A stretch of DNA of 28,990 bases from a virus (IMGVR_UViG_3300043690_000019:1-28990); one strand, 5' to 3'. Counted from the first letter of the stretch, positions 1 through 10,453 are shown. The notes: generated by a model from the letters alone, not told the origin. Made by a program: numbers and translations.

Positions 1-1
1 T

Positions 2-268
2 GAGTCGCGAGAGAGAATCGCGCTATTGAACAACTTCACACAAATAACCCTGCAGCGCATGAAGTCGAACGACGCCGCGGCGCAGGGCTTGATGGATGCG
101 CAGTTGGCGGCGATCACGCAAAGACTTTCCGTATTACATGAAAATCTGGCAATCGGCGACGAATCCGGTCCGCCGGTTCCAACTCCGGAACTCCCCGGAC
201 AGGTAGAGCCAAGAGTCCAGCCGGTGACCCCGGCCGCTCCCACGCCCAGACCGCAGCCTATTGCTTAA
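2..268 (+). CDS. Portal protein, C-terminal fragment (5' truncated)
   Basis: Frame is open from base 2 (ESRERIALLNNF...); helical then Pro-rich tail; lies upstream of scaffold and coat as in P22. Confidence 0.6.
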   Translation, partial: ESRERIALLNNFTQITLQRMKSNDAAAQGLMDAQLAAITQRLSVLHENLAIGDESGPPVPTPELPGQVEPRVQPVTPAAPTPRPQPIA

Positions 269-293
269 AAGACCCCACAAAAAGGCCCTTCTC

Positions 294-3200
294 ATGAAAC
301 GATTTGTTTTCATCGTCGCGCTTTTGTTTGCCTGCGCTTCTCTTGCCTTCGCGCAGAATCCGCCGGTTCAGCAGTTCAATCAGGATTTCATATCTTCTAC
401 GCAGTGTGTCTCGGTTCCGGTAAGTGGACTCGGAACTGGGAGTTTTGGCGTCAGCGGGACTTGGACCGGGACACTTTCCGCGCAGGGCATTGTGGGGCAG
501 GCTGCGGCGGTCACACTACTGAACGCCACGGCGAACGGCTCTTACACGGTCGCGGTCTCCGGATATACGAAATTTCAGGTCTGCGGAAATACGGTCTCTT
601 CCGGCTCCGCTTTTGTTCAGGTCTACAGCACGGGATTAACGAGCAACGGAGCCTTCGCCGGGGCGCCAAATACGATCACGGTTGGCGGATCATCGGCAAC
701 GTTCCTAGGCTCCGATCTCTGCCAAGCCTTAGCTAATGCCCTGAACGGCACGCTTACCAGTGGGCAAAAGTGGGGCGGGGTCTTCCATACCGAAGGCTTC
801 ACCGGGACGCAAGCTTGCGGAGCTACCACGCTGAACAACCTGAATGCCGCGCTTCAGCAAACCACGGGCGCGGCAAATATTCTTCTGGGTTGTCCGCTGG
901 CATGGTATCTGCCGGTGCAAACTTCGCAAGCGGCTACGGTCGGAACTCCGCCGGTCGGCATGCTTAATCTCACGCCCTATGACAACCTTGGCGGATGTAA
1001 TGCGGCATCGGTCGCGGACAATCAGACGACCCGAATTATTGCTTGCCCTCCGTCCGGCGTCACGGGATGTCCCGCGCCGCAGTCGCTCTTCTGGCCGATC
1101 ACTTCTACAGTCGCCAGCACATCCGGTGCCACGATCAACGACCGCGCCTACATTCAGGTGAATGCTTCCGGCGGAGGCATGGTGATTGTAGGCGGCGACC
1201 CGTTTACGATTGATAGCGGGAGCGTGGGAGCCATAGCGGGATCTTTTACCGCTTGTCAGGTCTCTAGCTCCGTTCCCATTACCGGCTTCGCTTACGCTAA
1301 CCCAAATATCACTTTCACCAACACCGGAACGAATGGGCTCAGCGCAGGCTCCCTAGTTACCCTATCCGGATTTTCCGGGGCGAACGCCGGTCTCAATGCT
1401 TCGTGGACGGTTGCCAGTTCCGCCGACGGTCAGCATTTTGTCATCAACTTTGGTGCAGGCTTCGGCGGGTCGACCGCGGCCGGTACAGCGCAAACCGGGA
1501 ACACCAGCGTTCAAAACGATAGCAAGTGCCCCTTCAATCCCACGCCGACCACGGTTTACGCCGCAATCGAAAATGGGATTCTGGCGACGTCGATCACCAA
1601 CGCGGGAAGCGGCGGCACCTGCAATAACATCGTTCCGACTTGGGGCGCGGGTTGCATCATCAACCCTGAATTGCATATCACCTGCTCCGGCGGCGCGGCG
1701 AACGGCGCCTTCATCAAACACGCCGGAAAGTGCACATCGACGCCGACGATTTCAGGCTTCACCGACACTTTAGGCGGGACGGTTCCGGTCGGCCTTGCGA
1801 TCTCCGTCTTCACTGCCCAGTCTGCCGCGGGAAGCCAAGCAACGGGAAATTGCACGTCGGGATGCGGGTTGATTCATCAGGAAATCCCGATAGTTGAAGT
1901 CGTGGACAATTCCGGAACTAACCAGAATGCCCCGATGGGCGCGCAGATCCACGATTTAATTCTTGATACGCGCCAGAGTGCCGACGTGATCTGCTATCGC
2001 GATCTGGGCGGAAACGAGCACACAAGGCTTTACGCCGTTAACTGCGCCGGGGTCACGATGCGCGGTATTGACCGCCATTCAAAGCAAACCAACTCCGGCG
2101 ATGAGATCTACAGCTTCCGCGCCATCAGCGGAAAGCTTCCCAATCAGGCGACGCCCCCGGCTACCAGCGGCACGGGATCTTTGACGGCCGGAGTTCTGAC
2201 CACGACCGCAGGAAATGGTTTCTTCTATGGCTTAAATGTTTCAGGGAATCCGGCTTGTGTCTACGCCGTGAACACGCCGATTTACTTGACCACGGGCGGA
2301 GTCACGACGGCTTTTGGAATTTCGACCTGTGGGGCTTCGGCCACGGTCACATTCTCCAACGGCTCTGCAGTCATCTCTGGTATTGGGACGACCGTCGGCC
2401 TTTACGCTGGTTTGCCGATTCACTTCGCCACAACCGGAACACTTCCGACCGGCTTCACTCCCGGCACAACGTATTACGTCATTTCTACCAACTTAGGAGC
2501 TACGCAGTTTTCGGTAGCTTCAACGATTGGCGGCTCCGCGATTACCGCGGGGTCGGCCGGTTCCGGAACGCAGACCGCCATGGCGGGACTGACGGTGACG
2601 ATTCAGAATCCCCCGGCCAACGGCACATATAGTTACTACATCCCGGGCGTCGATCTGGGAACGGAATGCGTCTACGGCGGCGGCGGCTTCGGCCATGGTC
2701 TCAGAAATTACACTTGTGACTATTCATCAGCCGTCTCCCAATACGACTACCCCTACATCAGTTCCAACGTCGGAACCGCAGTGATGCGGCTCCCGAATTG
2801 CGGTCTTCGACTGGAAACGAATTACTTCGGAACGACGGTGATGGACGGGCACACTGAGCGGTCGCAGACCAATATCTGCGCGGGTCTAGGTCAACCGGTT
2901 TACGGCTTGAATATCATTGATAGCTACGGTGAACCGAACGCCATCACAAACATCACAGGGCAATTCCAGAACTACCATCCGACAAATATCAAGTTCTTCA
3001 ACGACTACTGGAATAGCTCCCTTTCGACGGTGTCATCGCAGCAATACAGCGTCACCGATGCGCCGACTTCGTTTAATTCCTATTACTCGTTAGTCGATGA
3101 CAATCCGGTCGGACCGGCTTTCACCGCGGGACCGGCGGACGTGCTGAACCTTTCGCAATATATGGTCGAATGGTCGGCGATTCAGACTTCCGGCTCTAAT

Positions 3201-3743
3201 ACGCTTTGCTCAACCGTCAATTCGACAGTCCCCGGCTTCGGGAATTTCTCCAACTGTCCACAGGCGGGTTTTTTCCTCTCTGGGAATGCCCTGACCTTGA
3301 GCGCCGACACTGCGGGAATCGCCGCCACAACCCCGGCGACCGCGAATCAGACCTTCACCCTGAAAGGATTTTTTGCCAATCAGACCTATCGCGTGCACTG
3401 CTCCGGAACTACCGTGCAAAATACGGCCGGAGCGGGAATTGGGATCTCCGCCGCGGCGGTCGCTCCGGTCACATCGGTCAGTTGGAACCTTCACGCACAG
3501 GTCTCCACGTCGGCGACGGCGACCGCGGGAAGCTCTTCGGGCGTCGTGACCAATAGCGCGACCGCAACTTCCATCTATGCCGTCGCCGCGGGAACTCTGA
3601 CCACAGAATTACCTTGGAGCGTCGACGGCTATATCACCGTGGGCGCAAATGCGCCTTCATCTTTCATCATCGGCTTTTACACCCAAGCCGGTGCCGACAC
3701 TGTAGTTGTGAAGCAGGGAAGTTACTGTTCGATGATGCAGTAA
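294..3743 (+). CDS. Large Cys/Gly/Thr-rich virion-type appendage protein with signal peptide (1149 aa)
   Basis: MKRFVFIVALLFACASLAFA|Q; beta-rich; contains a TTGTLPTGFTPGTTYYV motif of the kind seen in phage structural proteins; 28 Cys after the signal; alternative TTG start at 261. Confidence 0.7.
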   Translation: MKRFVFIVALLFACASLAFAQNPPVQQFNQDFISSTQCVSVPVSGLGTGSFGVSGTWTGTLSAQGIVGQAAAVTLLNATANGSYTVAVSGYTKFQVCGNTVSSGSAFVQVYSTGLTSNGAFAGAPNTITVGGSSATFLGSDLCQALANALNGTLTSGQKWGGVFHTEGFTGTQACGATTLNNLNAALQQTTGAANILLGCPLAWYLPVQTSQAATVGTPPVGMLNLTPYDNLGGCNAASVADNQTTRIIACPPSGVTGCPAPQSLFWPITSTVASTSGATINDRAYIQVNASGGGMVIVGGDPFTIDSGSVGAIAGSFTACQVSSSVPITGFAYANPNITFTNTGTNGLSAGSLVTLSGFSGANAGLNASWTVASSADGQHFVINFGAGFGGSTAAGTAQTGNTSVQNDSKCPFNPTPTTVYAAIENGILATSITNAGSGGTCNNIVPTWGAGCIINPELHITCSGGAANGAFIKHAGKCTSTPTISGFTDTLGGTVPVGLAISVFTAQSAAGSQATGNCTSGCGLIHQEIPIVEVVDNSGTNQNAPMGAQIHDLILDTRQSADVICYRDLGGNEHTRLYAVNCAGVTMRGIDRHSKQTNSGDEIYSFRAISGKLPNQATPPATSGTGSLTAGVLTTTAGNGFFYGLNVSGNPACVYAVNTPIYLTTGGVTTAFGISTCGASATVTFSNGSAVISGIGTTVGLYAGLPIHFATTGTLPTGFTPGTTYYVISTNLGATQFSVASTIGGSAITAGSAGSGTQTAMAGLTVTIQNPPANGTYSYYIPGVDLGTECVYGGGGFGHGLRNYTCDYSSAVSQYDYPYISSNVGTAVMRLPNCGLRLETNYFGTTVMDGHTERSQTNICAGLGQPVYGLNIIDSYGEPNAITNITGQFQNYHPTNIKFFNDYWNSSLSTVSSQQYSVTDAPTSFNSYYSLVDDNPVGPAFTAGPADVLNLSQYMVEWSAIQTSGSNTLCSTVNSTVPGFGNFSNCPQAGFFLSGNALTLSADTAGIAATTPATANQTFTLKGFFANQTYRVHCSGTTVQNTAGAGIGISAAAVAPVTSVSWNLHAQVSTSATATAGSSSGVVTNSATATSIYAVAAGTLTTELPWSVDGYITVGANAPSSFIIGFYTQAGADTVVVKQGSYCSMMQ

Positions 3744-3783
3744 AAACCCAGATAAACCGCATACCCACATCAGGAGAGAAGCG

Positions 3784-4722
3784 ATGCCATCAGGGATAAT
3801 TCTGAGTTCTGGAAGTGTAGGCGCCACACAGGAAGCCATCGAAAAAGTTTTGGCCGATAACGGATACGAAGCCGACAAACCAGCCATAGAAGAGCCCACG
3901 GCGCCGGTCGAACCGAAGCGCGAAGACTTCAAGACCGACGAAGAATTTGAATCCGCCCAAACGGAATTTGAAGCCGCACAGGAAGACGCCGAAGAAAAGC
4001 AACGGCAAGAAGAAGAGCGCAAACGGCTGGAAGCCCTTCCCCGCAAATCCCGCACTCAGAAGGCGATTGAGAAAGCCACCAAAAAACTAGCGGAAGAAAA
4101 CAAGAAGCTGGAAGAGCGACTGGCGGCGCTTGAAGGCAAAAAGCCAACGGAGCCAAAGCCGGAAGAATTGAAGGCACCGAAGCGCGAAGACTTCAAGACC
4201 GACGAAGAATTTGAAGAAGCCAAATTTCAATACCGGTACAAGTTGCAACGGCAGAAAGAACAGGGCGAAGAGTCGAAGAAAGCCATCGAGACCCATCAGC
4301 GGGAAATGCTTTCGAACTATCAAGCCGCCAAAGACGAAATCAAAGAGGAATATGCGGACTGGAATGACACCCTTGAACAATTCGGAGAATCCCCGGTCAG
4401 CGCTTCCGTGTACGTCGCGATTTTGAGTCTGGAAGAAGGTCCGCGAGTGTCCTACTACCTTGCGAAACACCCAGACGAACTCGAAAAACTAAACGCTATG
4501 TTCCCCGATCAGGCAACGCGGGAAGTCATTCGCCTGCACGACAGGCTGAAGACGAAGACGCCGCCGAAGGGAACGAGCGAACCACCAAAACCCCGGCCGA
4601 AACTCCCGGCGCCGGTTGTCCCGGTAAGCACTTCGGCCACCAACTCAACCGCCACTTCGCGCGATGCGGCCGCAAGCCGCGATTACAGGGCCTTCAAGAG
4701 AGCCCAGCGCGCCGGACGGTAA
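3784..4722 (+). CDS. Capsid scaffolding protein
   Basis: Highly charged coiled coil; EGPRVSYYLAKHPDE motif; directly upstream of coat; AGGAG RBS. Confidence 0.85.
   Translation: MPSGIILSSGSVGATQEAIEKVLADNGYEADKPAIEEPTAPVEPKREDFKTDEEFESAQTEFEAAQEDAEEKQRQEEERKRLEALPRKSRTQKAIEKATKKLAEENKKLEERLAALEGKKPTEPKPEELKAPKREDFKTDEEFEEAKFQYRYKLQRQKEQGEESKKAIETHQREMLSNYQAAKDEIKEEYADWNDTLEQFGESPVSASVYVAILSLEEGPRVSYYLAKHPDELEKLNAMFPDQATREVIRLHDRLKTKTPPKGTSEPPKPRPKLPAPVVPVSTSATNSTATSRDAAASRDYRAFKRAQRAGR
3912..4215 (+). repeat. Perfect 40-bp direct repeat (3912-3951 and 4176-4215) encoding PKREDFKTDEEFE
   Basis: accgaagcgcgaagacttcaagaccgacgaagaatttgaa occurs twice, identically. Confidence 0.95.
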
Positions 4723-4737
4723 TCACAGGAGATTCCC

Positions 4738-6009
4738 TTGGCAAACCTGATACTCACGAATCAGGAAATCGGCTTCAAGAACCTGATGGTGCTTGAAAAC
4801 TCGATTTCCTTCACGAAGAAAGTCGTTCGGCGCTATGACGACAAATTTGGAAAGTCTGGCGCGAAGATCGGCTATGTGTTGAACATCCGCAAACCCGCGC
4901 GCTCCGTCTCGACTGCGGGTCAGGGGATTCAGCTTCAGGATTACATTGAGCGCTCCGTTCCTTTACTCCTGAATAAGCAGTACCAGCAAGCATGCGCTTT
5001 CACGTCGTCTGATTTGGCGCTTTCTTTGGACGATTTTACCAACCGCGTTACGAAGCCGAAAATCGTTCAGTTGGCAAACGATATCGACTTCGACGGCTTG
5101 CAGCAATTCGTCAACGTCCCGGCCGAAGTGGGCACACCGGGAACGGTCCCGAACACGGCAGATACCTATCTAAACGCCCTGCAGGTTTTGGCAGACGAAG
5201 GCTTCCCCGTGGACGATGAAGAGGGGCTCTCGGTGCACATCTCTCCGAGAATGCAGCGCTCCATCTTCCCGGCACTTCAGGGCCTTGTTGCAACCGGCTC
5301 AGGCACGGCGAACTTTGCTTTCCTGCGCAACTTGGCAAAAGGCGAAGGCGGCGAAGAAGACTACTTCAAGGGCCTTGTGGCAAAGGGTCTCGGCTTCGAC
5401 TGGTTTATGACGCAGAATGCTCCGACGTTCACTACAGGAACGCAGGGCGGAACGCCGACAGTCAACGGAGCCAATCAGACCGGCTCTTCCATCGTGACGC
5501 AGGCGTGGTCGAATAACATCACCAACGTCCTAGTCGCTGGGGACATCGTCTTTTTTGCCGGCGTCCACAGAATCAACCCTCTGACCCGTCAGTCTACCGG
5601 TGATTTGCGGCCCTTCGTAGTCACTGCGAATCAAACGTCATCCGGCGGCGGAGCGGTCACGATTCCGATTGCCTGCGTCGACGGCGATGGGATCACGCTG
5701 GCCGGTCCTTATCAGACGGTTGACGTCTCCCCGGCGAACTCGGCGGCGGTCACTGTGCAGGGCGCGTCGGCGGTTCAGTCATTCCGCGGTCTGGCGTTCC
5801 ATCCGGAGGCTTTCTGCTTCGGTTGCGCGGATCTCGAAATGTACGACAACCAGCACATGATGGAAATGGCGGCTGATAAAGAACTCGGCTTAGCTATCCG
5901 CATGTGGGCACAGCCGGACATCAACACGGATCGATTATTGATGCGTCTTGACGTGCTAGGCGGATGGATCACGATGTATCCGCAGGGCGCCGTCCGGATC
6001 GCCAGCTAG
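4738..6009 (+). CDS. Major capsid protein, P22 coat (gp5) family
   Basis: MANLILT...LENSISFTKKVVRRYDDKF..SGAKIG..LNIRKP N-terminus and RLDVLGGW C-terminus; TTG start with AGGAG RBS. Confidence 0.93.
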   Translation: MANLILTNQEIGFKNLMVLENSISFTKKVVRRYDDKFGKSGAKIGYVLNIRKPARSVSTAGQGIQLQDYIERSVPLLLNKQYQQACAFTSSDLALSLDDFTNRVTKPKIVQLANDIDFDGLQQFVNVPAEVGTPGTVPNTADTYLNALQVLADEGFPVDDEEGLSVHISPRMQRSIFPALQGLVATGSGTANFAFLRNLAKGEGGEEDYFKGLVAKGLGFDWFMTQNAPTFTTGTQGGTPTVNGANQTGSSIVTQAWSNNITNVLVAGDIVFFAGVHRINPLTRQSTGDLRPFVVTANQTSSGGGAVTIPIACVDGDGITLAGPYQTVDVSPANSAAVTVQGASAVQSFRGLAFHPEAFCFGCADLEMYDNQHMMEMAADKELGLAIRMWAQPDINTDRLLMRLDVLGGWITMYPQGAVRIAS

Positions 6010-6050
6010 TTCAGCGCAGGAAAAATCCACACAGGAGAAAAATTTCAACC

Positions 6051-6923
6051 ATGAATCGCAACCTGAATCGCTTCTTGAAAGCTCTCTTCTGGTATGCGCT
6101 ATTTGACGTCTTGGTACTTGGCTATGCCGGGATTTTCCCGGGCGTCGAACTGGCTGCAGCCCAGACCGCACTTACCACAACGACCCTCTCCGCGGCCGTC
6201 AACGGTCCGGCAGGGTACAACGGGACGACAAGCGTCATTGATAATTGTTGGACGCTGACCGCCGTCACCGGCATCAGCGCGCCGACTCTCCCCGGTACTC
6301 CGGTAAGCGTCATTTACTCGGACCGGGAAGCGCTTGGAGTGCTGACCGTCAATACAAACACAAAGCAGGTCTGCGGTATCCGCGGATACCTGTCAACACA
6401 AGCGCATCCGCACATCAGCGGAGCGCTCGTATTGATTGCTCCGGCCTATAACTCGGCGAACGGAGGAAATCCAAACTCTTCGGGCTTCCTTCAATCTGAT
6501 ATGCCCCTCGGCGGGGCGTGCACGGCGGCGAATACTCCCACGACGCCCATGATCAATGTACTGACCGGGGCGCAGTGGCTTTGTTCTTCGGTCACCGGTA
6601 CTTGGGCCCCGGGCTGGCAGAATCCGCTTTCTGCTCCGGCGACTTGGGTACAGACCGCGACTGTCGCTTCTGCGGCCGGGGCAATCACGCCTTCCGGACC
6701 GTATTTCAACATCAGCGGCACTGCGGCGATTACCGGCTTCAATATTCCAGTGGGGTTTGATACGACCACAGGCGGATGCTTCACCGCCAACCCTACCGGA
6801 ATTTGGACTTGGACCGCCGCGGGGAATATCGCCACTGCCGGAACCACGACGGCGGCTACGACGCCAGTTACTTTCTGCTGGAACGTAGCTAGTTCGAAGT
6901 GGATTCCAAGCCGTCTGTCGTAA
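6051..6923 (+). CDS. Putative capsid decoration protein with N-terminal signal peptide (290 aa)
   Basis: Directly after coat; basic n-region, hydrophobic stretch, AAA|Q, then ALTTTTLSAAV; RGYLSTQAHPHISGALV motif; 6 Cys. Confidence 0.65.
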   Translation: MNRNLNRFLKALFWYALFDVLVLGYAGIFPGVELAAAQTALTTTTLSAAVNGPAGYNGTTSVIDNCWTLTAVTGISAPTLPGTPVSVIYSDREALGVLTVNTNTKQVCGIRGYLSTQAHPHISGALVLIAPAYNSANGGNPNSSGFLQSDMPLGGACTAANTPTTPMINVLTGAQWLCSSVTGTWAPGWQNPLSAPATWVQTATVASAAGAITPSGPYFNISGTAAITGFNIPVGFDTTTGGCFTANPTGIWTWTAAGNIATAGTTTAATTPVTFCWNVASSKWIPSRLS

Positions 6924-6999
6924 AAAGTTGTGTCACCGCTTCGGGCGTCTGTGCGGGGAAACAGCGCCCACCCCAAATTCTCTAAGAGAGGAAATCTCC

Positions 7000-7209
7000 A
7001 TGCCGCCCCTTGATGGAAAAGAGCCGGTCCTTCCGGTTCCCTTTGACGCACATGACAAAGTTCTCCGCGCTTCTCCGGAACAGGAACCGCAGGAATATCC
7101 AAAGGCAGTTGACCATGTCGACCACCCTTCAGGCGTCGGACTGCAGCCCATCGTCGTCAATTCGGCTGAAGAAGAAGCAGCCTACAAAGAAGCCGCAAAG
7201 CCTGAGTAA
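7000..7209 (+). CDS. Small head-region protein (EYPK...VVNSAEEE motif)
   Basis: ATG at 7000 after GAGG; motif shared with the next gene. Confidence 0.7.
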   Translation: MPPLDGKEPVLPVPFDAHDKVLRASPEQEPQEYPKAVDHVDHPSGVGLQPIVVNSAEEEAAYKEAAKPE

Positions 7210-7255
7210 TCGGCGCGTTTTCTGATTCGAAAATCTCACTTAGGAGAACTCCGCA

Positions 7256-7591
7256 ATGCCGCCAATTACAAACCGAAACATGGACGACCCAGCAGTGCAG
7301 GAGCAGATCCGCCGGGGTCATCATGAATATGTCGCCGGGGATGGGAAGCATGGGATGTATGTCCCCAAGCAGTACAACCGCGAAAAAAACGAATACCCGA
7401 AGATGATGGGCAAAGACCCCATGCCGCAGTTGAAAGATTTCACCAAAACAGAGGCAGGACTTGCCATTCCGCAAGATGTCGCCTTGGCAAACTGGCAAGC
7501 CGCGGTCGTGGAATGGGACCGCTACATGACGTCAACGACTGTGCATTCGAAATCCGAAGAAGCGCAGTGGTTGAAAGAGAACGCACACTAA
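7256..7591 (+). CDS. Small head-region protein (EYPK...VHSKSEE motif)
   Basis: AGGAG RBS; abuts the gp4-like gene. Confidence 0.75.
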   Translation: MPPITNRNMDDPAVQEQIRRGHHEYVAGDGKHGMYVPKQYNREKNEYPKMMGKDPMPQLKDFTKTEAGLAIPQDVALANWQAAVVEWDRYMTSTTVHSKSEEAQWLKENAH

Positions 7592-8395
7592 ATGCCTGAT
7601 CTCGGACCCGTCGGCACCGTTACCCGCACTGCAACGGACTTCATCAAGTCCGCCCTGCGGCTTGTGGGCGCGCTCCGCTCCGGATTGAATTTATCCGGGG
7701 CGGAACTCACGGACTGCCAGCAAGTCTTGAACGACATGCTGGACGCATGGGGCGTTGACCGGACTTTGGTCTACGTAGTGCCGCGGGTCACATTGAATCA
7801 GAATCAGGCAACCCTGATGCTGAAAGCGAATCAGGCGACCTACACACTGGGGAATCTGACCGGGAACGAAGATTTTTTTCTGCCCCGTCCGCCGCGATTG
7901 GAGCGGGTTTCTATTATGTATTCCGCTTCCCAGCAGACGCCCGTAGAACTCGCCATGGATATGTACGACGATGTCAGATGGCAAAGCGTCGCGAACAAGT
8001 CCACGCCTTCACTTTTACCGCAGGTCTGCTACGTCGAAGAAAGCTTCCCTGATATTTCGCTGACCTTCTGGCCGGTGCCGACGCAGGCGAATCCGGTCGT
8101 CCTTTACTTGTGGCAAGCGCTGACGCAATTCTCGGATCTGACTTCACAGTTCACTTTCCCGCCGGGATATCCGCGCGCTATTCGATACAACCTAGCGTTA
8201 GATCTGGCGGCGGAGTTTCCCTGCGACCTGACGAAGCTCCCGTTAGTGCAGAAGATCGCCGCCAACTCTCTCGCCGCGATTCGCGGATTGAATGTGAAGG
8301 CAAAAGAAGCGGTATGCGATGAAGCCATCATCGGCTCCGGCGGAAAGTCAGGGAACATCTACACTTCAACCGCTAGCCGGGGTCTTAGAAACTAA
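7592..8395 (+). CDS. Head-to-tail adaptor, P22 gp4-like
   Basis: TATDFIKSALRLVG...LNDMLDAW N-terminus; FPPGYPRAIRYNLA; gene order. Confidence 0.8.
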   Translation: MPDLGPVGTVTRTATDFIKSALRLVGALRSGLNLSGAELTDCQQVLNDMLDAWGVDRTLVYVVPRVTLNQNQATLMLKANQATYTLGNLTGNEDFFLPRPPRLERVSIMYSASQQTPVELAMDMYDDVRWQSVANKSTPSLLPQVCYVEESFPDISLTFWPVPTQANPVVLYLWQALTQFSDLTSQFTFPPGYPRAIRYNLALDLAAEFPCDLTKLPLVQKIAANSLAAIRGLNVKAKEAVCDEAIIGSGGKSGNIYTSTASRGLRN

Positions 8396-9916
8396 ATGCG
8401 CTTCGGTTTTGTAGGTCCGGCTTATGCTTCCCCGTCTCCTCTGGCGGCGAATGAGCAGCTTATCAACTGGTATCCCCAGAAGATAGAGTCTCCGAACGCG
8501 CGCGTTCCCTTTATCCTTCTGCCGACTTCGGGACTCTCGCTTTTTGCGAATCTGGGAAATTATCCGACAGGCGTAAGAGGCTCGGGGACTTTCAACGGGA
8601 GAACCTTCAAAGTCGCCGGAACGCATTTAATTGAACTGACGACAAACGGAGTAACAGACTTCGGGGGCTTCGGCGGTAATAACAATATCGTCGATGATGG
8701 GCTTCCGGTGACAATGGTCTGCGGCGGGACGGTCGGCGGAAATTATCCTTCCCAGCTTCTCATCTGCTCCGGCGGAACTTTGACCGTCTTTTCTCTCGTC
8801 TCAAATACCTTTCAAGCGCTCACAACTCCCCCGGCAAACGTGCTAATGGTTGATTTTCTGGCTGGCTTTTTCTGCGCCCTAAGCTCTGGAAATTCTTGGA
8901 GCGTCTCCGCAGTTGAAGATGCTACGACATGGCCGGGAACGGCGGTCTCTCAAGTCTCCATCTTTTCAGATCAGCTTTTGGCGCTCATCGAATGCAATGA
9001 ATTGATCTGGTTACTCGGGGCGAAGCATGCCGCGGCCTATTACGTTTCCGGTGCACCCCTGTTCCCCTTTGACGTTACCAGCGGCGGAGTTCTGAATATT
9101 GGAATTCTGGCGCAATTCTCGGCTACCAGAATCCAGACGGCGCGCGGCGGACGGACGTTAGCGTGGATCGGCGGAGATGACAAGAGCGGCCCGACGGTTT
9201 ACGCCCTGAATGGATACATCCCGCAAAGGATCTCGGATTCAGCGCTTGAATACTGGCTTTCCCATAACACCGTGACAGACGCGGTCGGAATGTTCCGACA
9301 GGAATCGGGACAAAATTTCTTTGATCTGTGGTTCCCCACGGCGAATGCTACATGGACGCTTGATGCGGATCTGGGGATGTGGCATCGCAGGGCTTACGGA
9401 GTTCAGGGAGCCCATCTACAACGGTCGAATACCTATAACGCAGCGCTGGGCGGTCATCTGATCGGCGACCGGACTTCGGGAAAAGTTTTCCTCTTGAACG
9501 ATACCAATCTAACGGATAACGGCGCGGCAATCATCCGGACGCGCGTCGGGCCCACGATTTCAAACGAAGGCGGACAGATCCCCGTGGGAATCAATGAATT
9601 TCAAGTGGATTTTGAGATGGGCTTAGGTCCGCAACCGCCGTTGAAAGATGCCTTCGGTAATCCCCGTGACCCTTTGGCGATGTTTTCCTATTCGGAAGAC
9701 TTCGGAAAGACCTTCGGACCGGAACGGATGATTCCCTGCGGACAAGCGGGAAATTTCAAGGCCGTCGCCATTGATCGGCGTTTGGGGTCTTGGCGCTCTT
9801 GGACGCCAAAGGTCACGGTCTCTGACCCGATTTCTTGGCGAATTGCCGACGCCTACGTGAATGGCACACAGGATCAAAAAGAGCGCTATGCGAAGAGCAT
9901 GGCGCGCATTGCCTAG
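8396..9916 (+). CDS. Packaged DNA stabilization / tail hub protein, P22 gp10-like
   Basis: 506-aa beta-propeller-like sequence; INWYP, WHRR, FSYSEDFGKTF and RRLG motifs; follows gp4. Confidence 0.85.
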   Translation: MRFGFVGPAYASPSPLAANEQLINWYPQKIESPNARVPFILLPTSGLSLFANLGNYPTGVRGSGTFNGRTFKVAGTHLIELTTNGVTDFGGFGGNNNIVDDGLPVTMVCGGTVGGNYPSQLLICSGGTLTVFSLVSNTFQALTTPPANVLMVDFLAGFFCALSSGNSWSVSAVEDATTWPGTAVSQVSIFSDQLLALIECNELIWLLGAKHAAAYYVSGAPLFPFDVTSGGVLNIGILAQFSATRIQTARGGRTLAWIGGDDKSGPTVYALNGYIPQRISDSALEYWLSHNTVTDAVGMFRQESGQNFFDLWFPTANATWTLDADLGMWHRRAYGVQGAHLQRSNTYNAALGGHLIGDRTSGKVFLLNDTNLTDNGAAIIRTRVGPTISNEGGQIPVGINEFQVDFEMGLGPQPPLKDAFGNPRDPLAMFSYSEDFGKTFGPERMIPCGQAGNFKAVAIDRRLGSWRSWTPKVTVSDPISWRIADAYVNGTQDQKERYAKSMARIA

Positions 9917-10453
9917 ATGCGGCGCTTACTTGAAAGCCTGATTCCTGCACATTGGGACGGATCGACGGGAGACCCGAATTCCCCAAGAACGAAATGGCTG
10001 CAGGGCGTTGATGATCTATTTAACCGCCCCGTTTTAAATCGGCTTTCAGCTTCCACGAATGCGACCGCAATCAACTGCAACGGAGCAATCCAGTCGACGG
10101 GCCTCGGAGTCGGCCAGCTTCAACCCCGGCGGTATGCGGAATTTACGGTCAAAGCGCGAGTTTCGTTCAATATCAATTCCACCGGTCCGGCTTATCTCTA
10201 CGTCTATCGGACTCTGGGAACAATTCCTGCGAACGGCGCCGCCCCCGGCGGCTCAGACGTGATCGTCGGCGGGGATGCCTTCACCGGGGGAGCGACAGTA
10301 AGCGGTCAGGCGCAATGCGCAGCCTTCTCTTTTCTCGACGCCGGCTTAGATGTGACGAAGCAGTATCGCTATTACTTCGCGATCAAAGGGCCCAACGGGA
10401 CGACCTTGAATCTGACTAATTCTTCTCAGTTGCTCATCATGGAGCGCTCATAA
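9917..10453 (+). CDS. Hypothetical tail-associated protein
   Basis: Abuts gp10-like gene, in the slot of P22 gp26/gp14; beta-rich C-terminal half. Confidence 0.6.
   Translation: MRRLLESLIPAHWDGSTGDPNSPRTKWLQGVDDLFNRPVLNRLSASTNATAINCNGAIQSTGLGVGQLQPRRYAEFTVKARVSFNINSTGPAYLYVYRTLGTIPANGAAPGGSDVIVGGDAFTGGATVSGQAQCAAFSFLDAGLDVTKQYRYYFAIKGPNGTTLNLTNSSQLLIMERS

Noticed and set aside
5964-6050. -1 frameshift fusing coat to the decoration protein
   Set aside because: The frame is open across the coat stop, but there is no slippery heptamer, and the downstream gene has its own RBS and signal-like start
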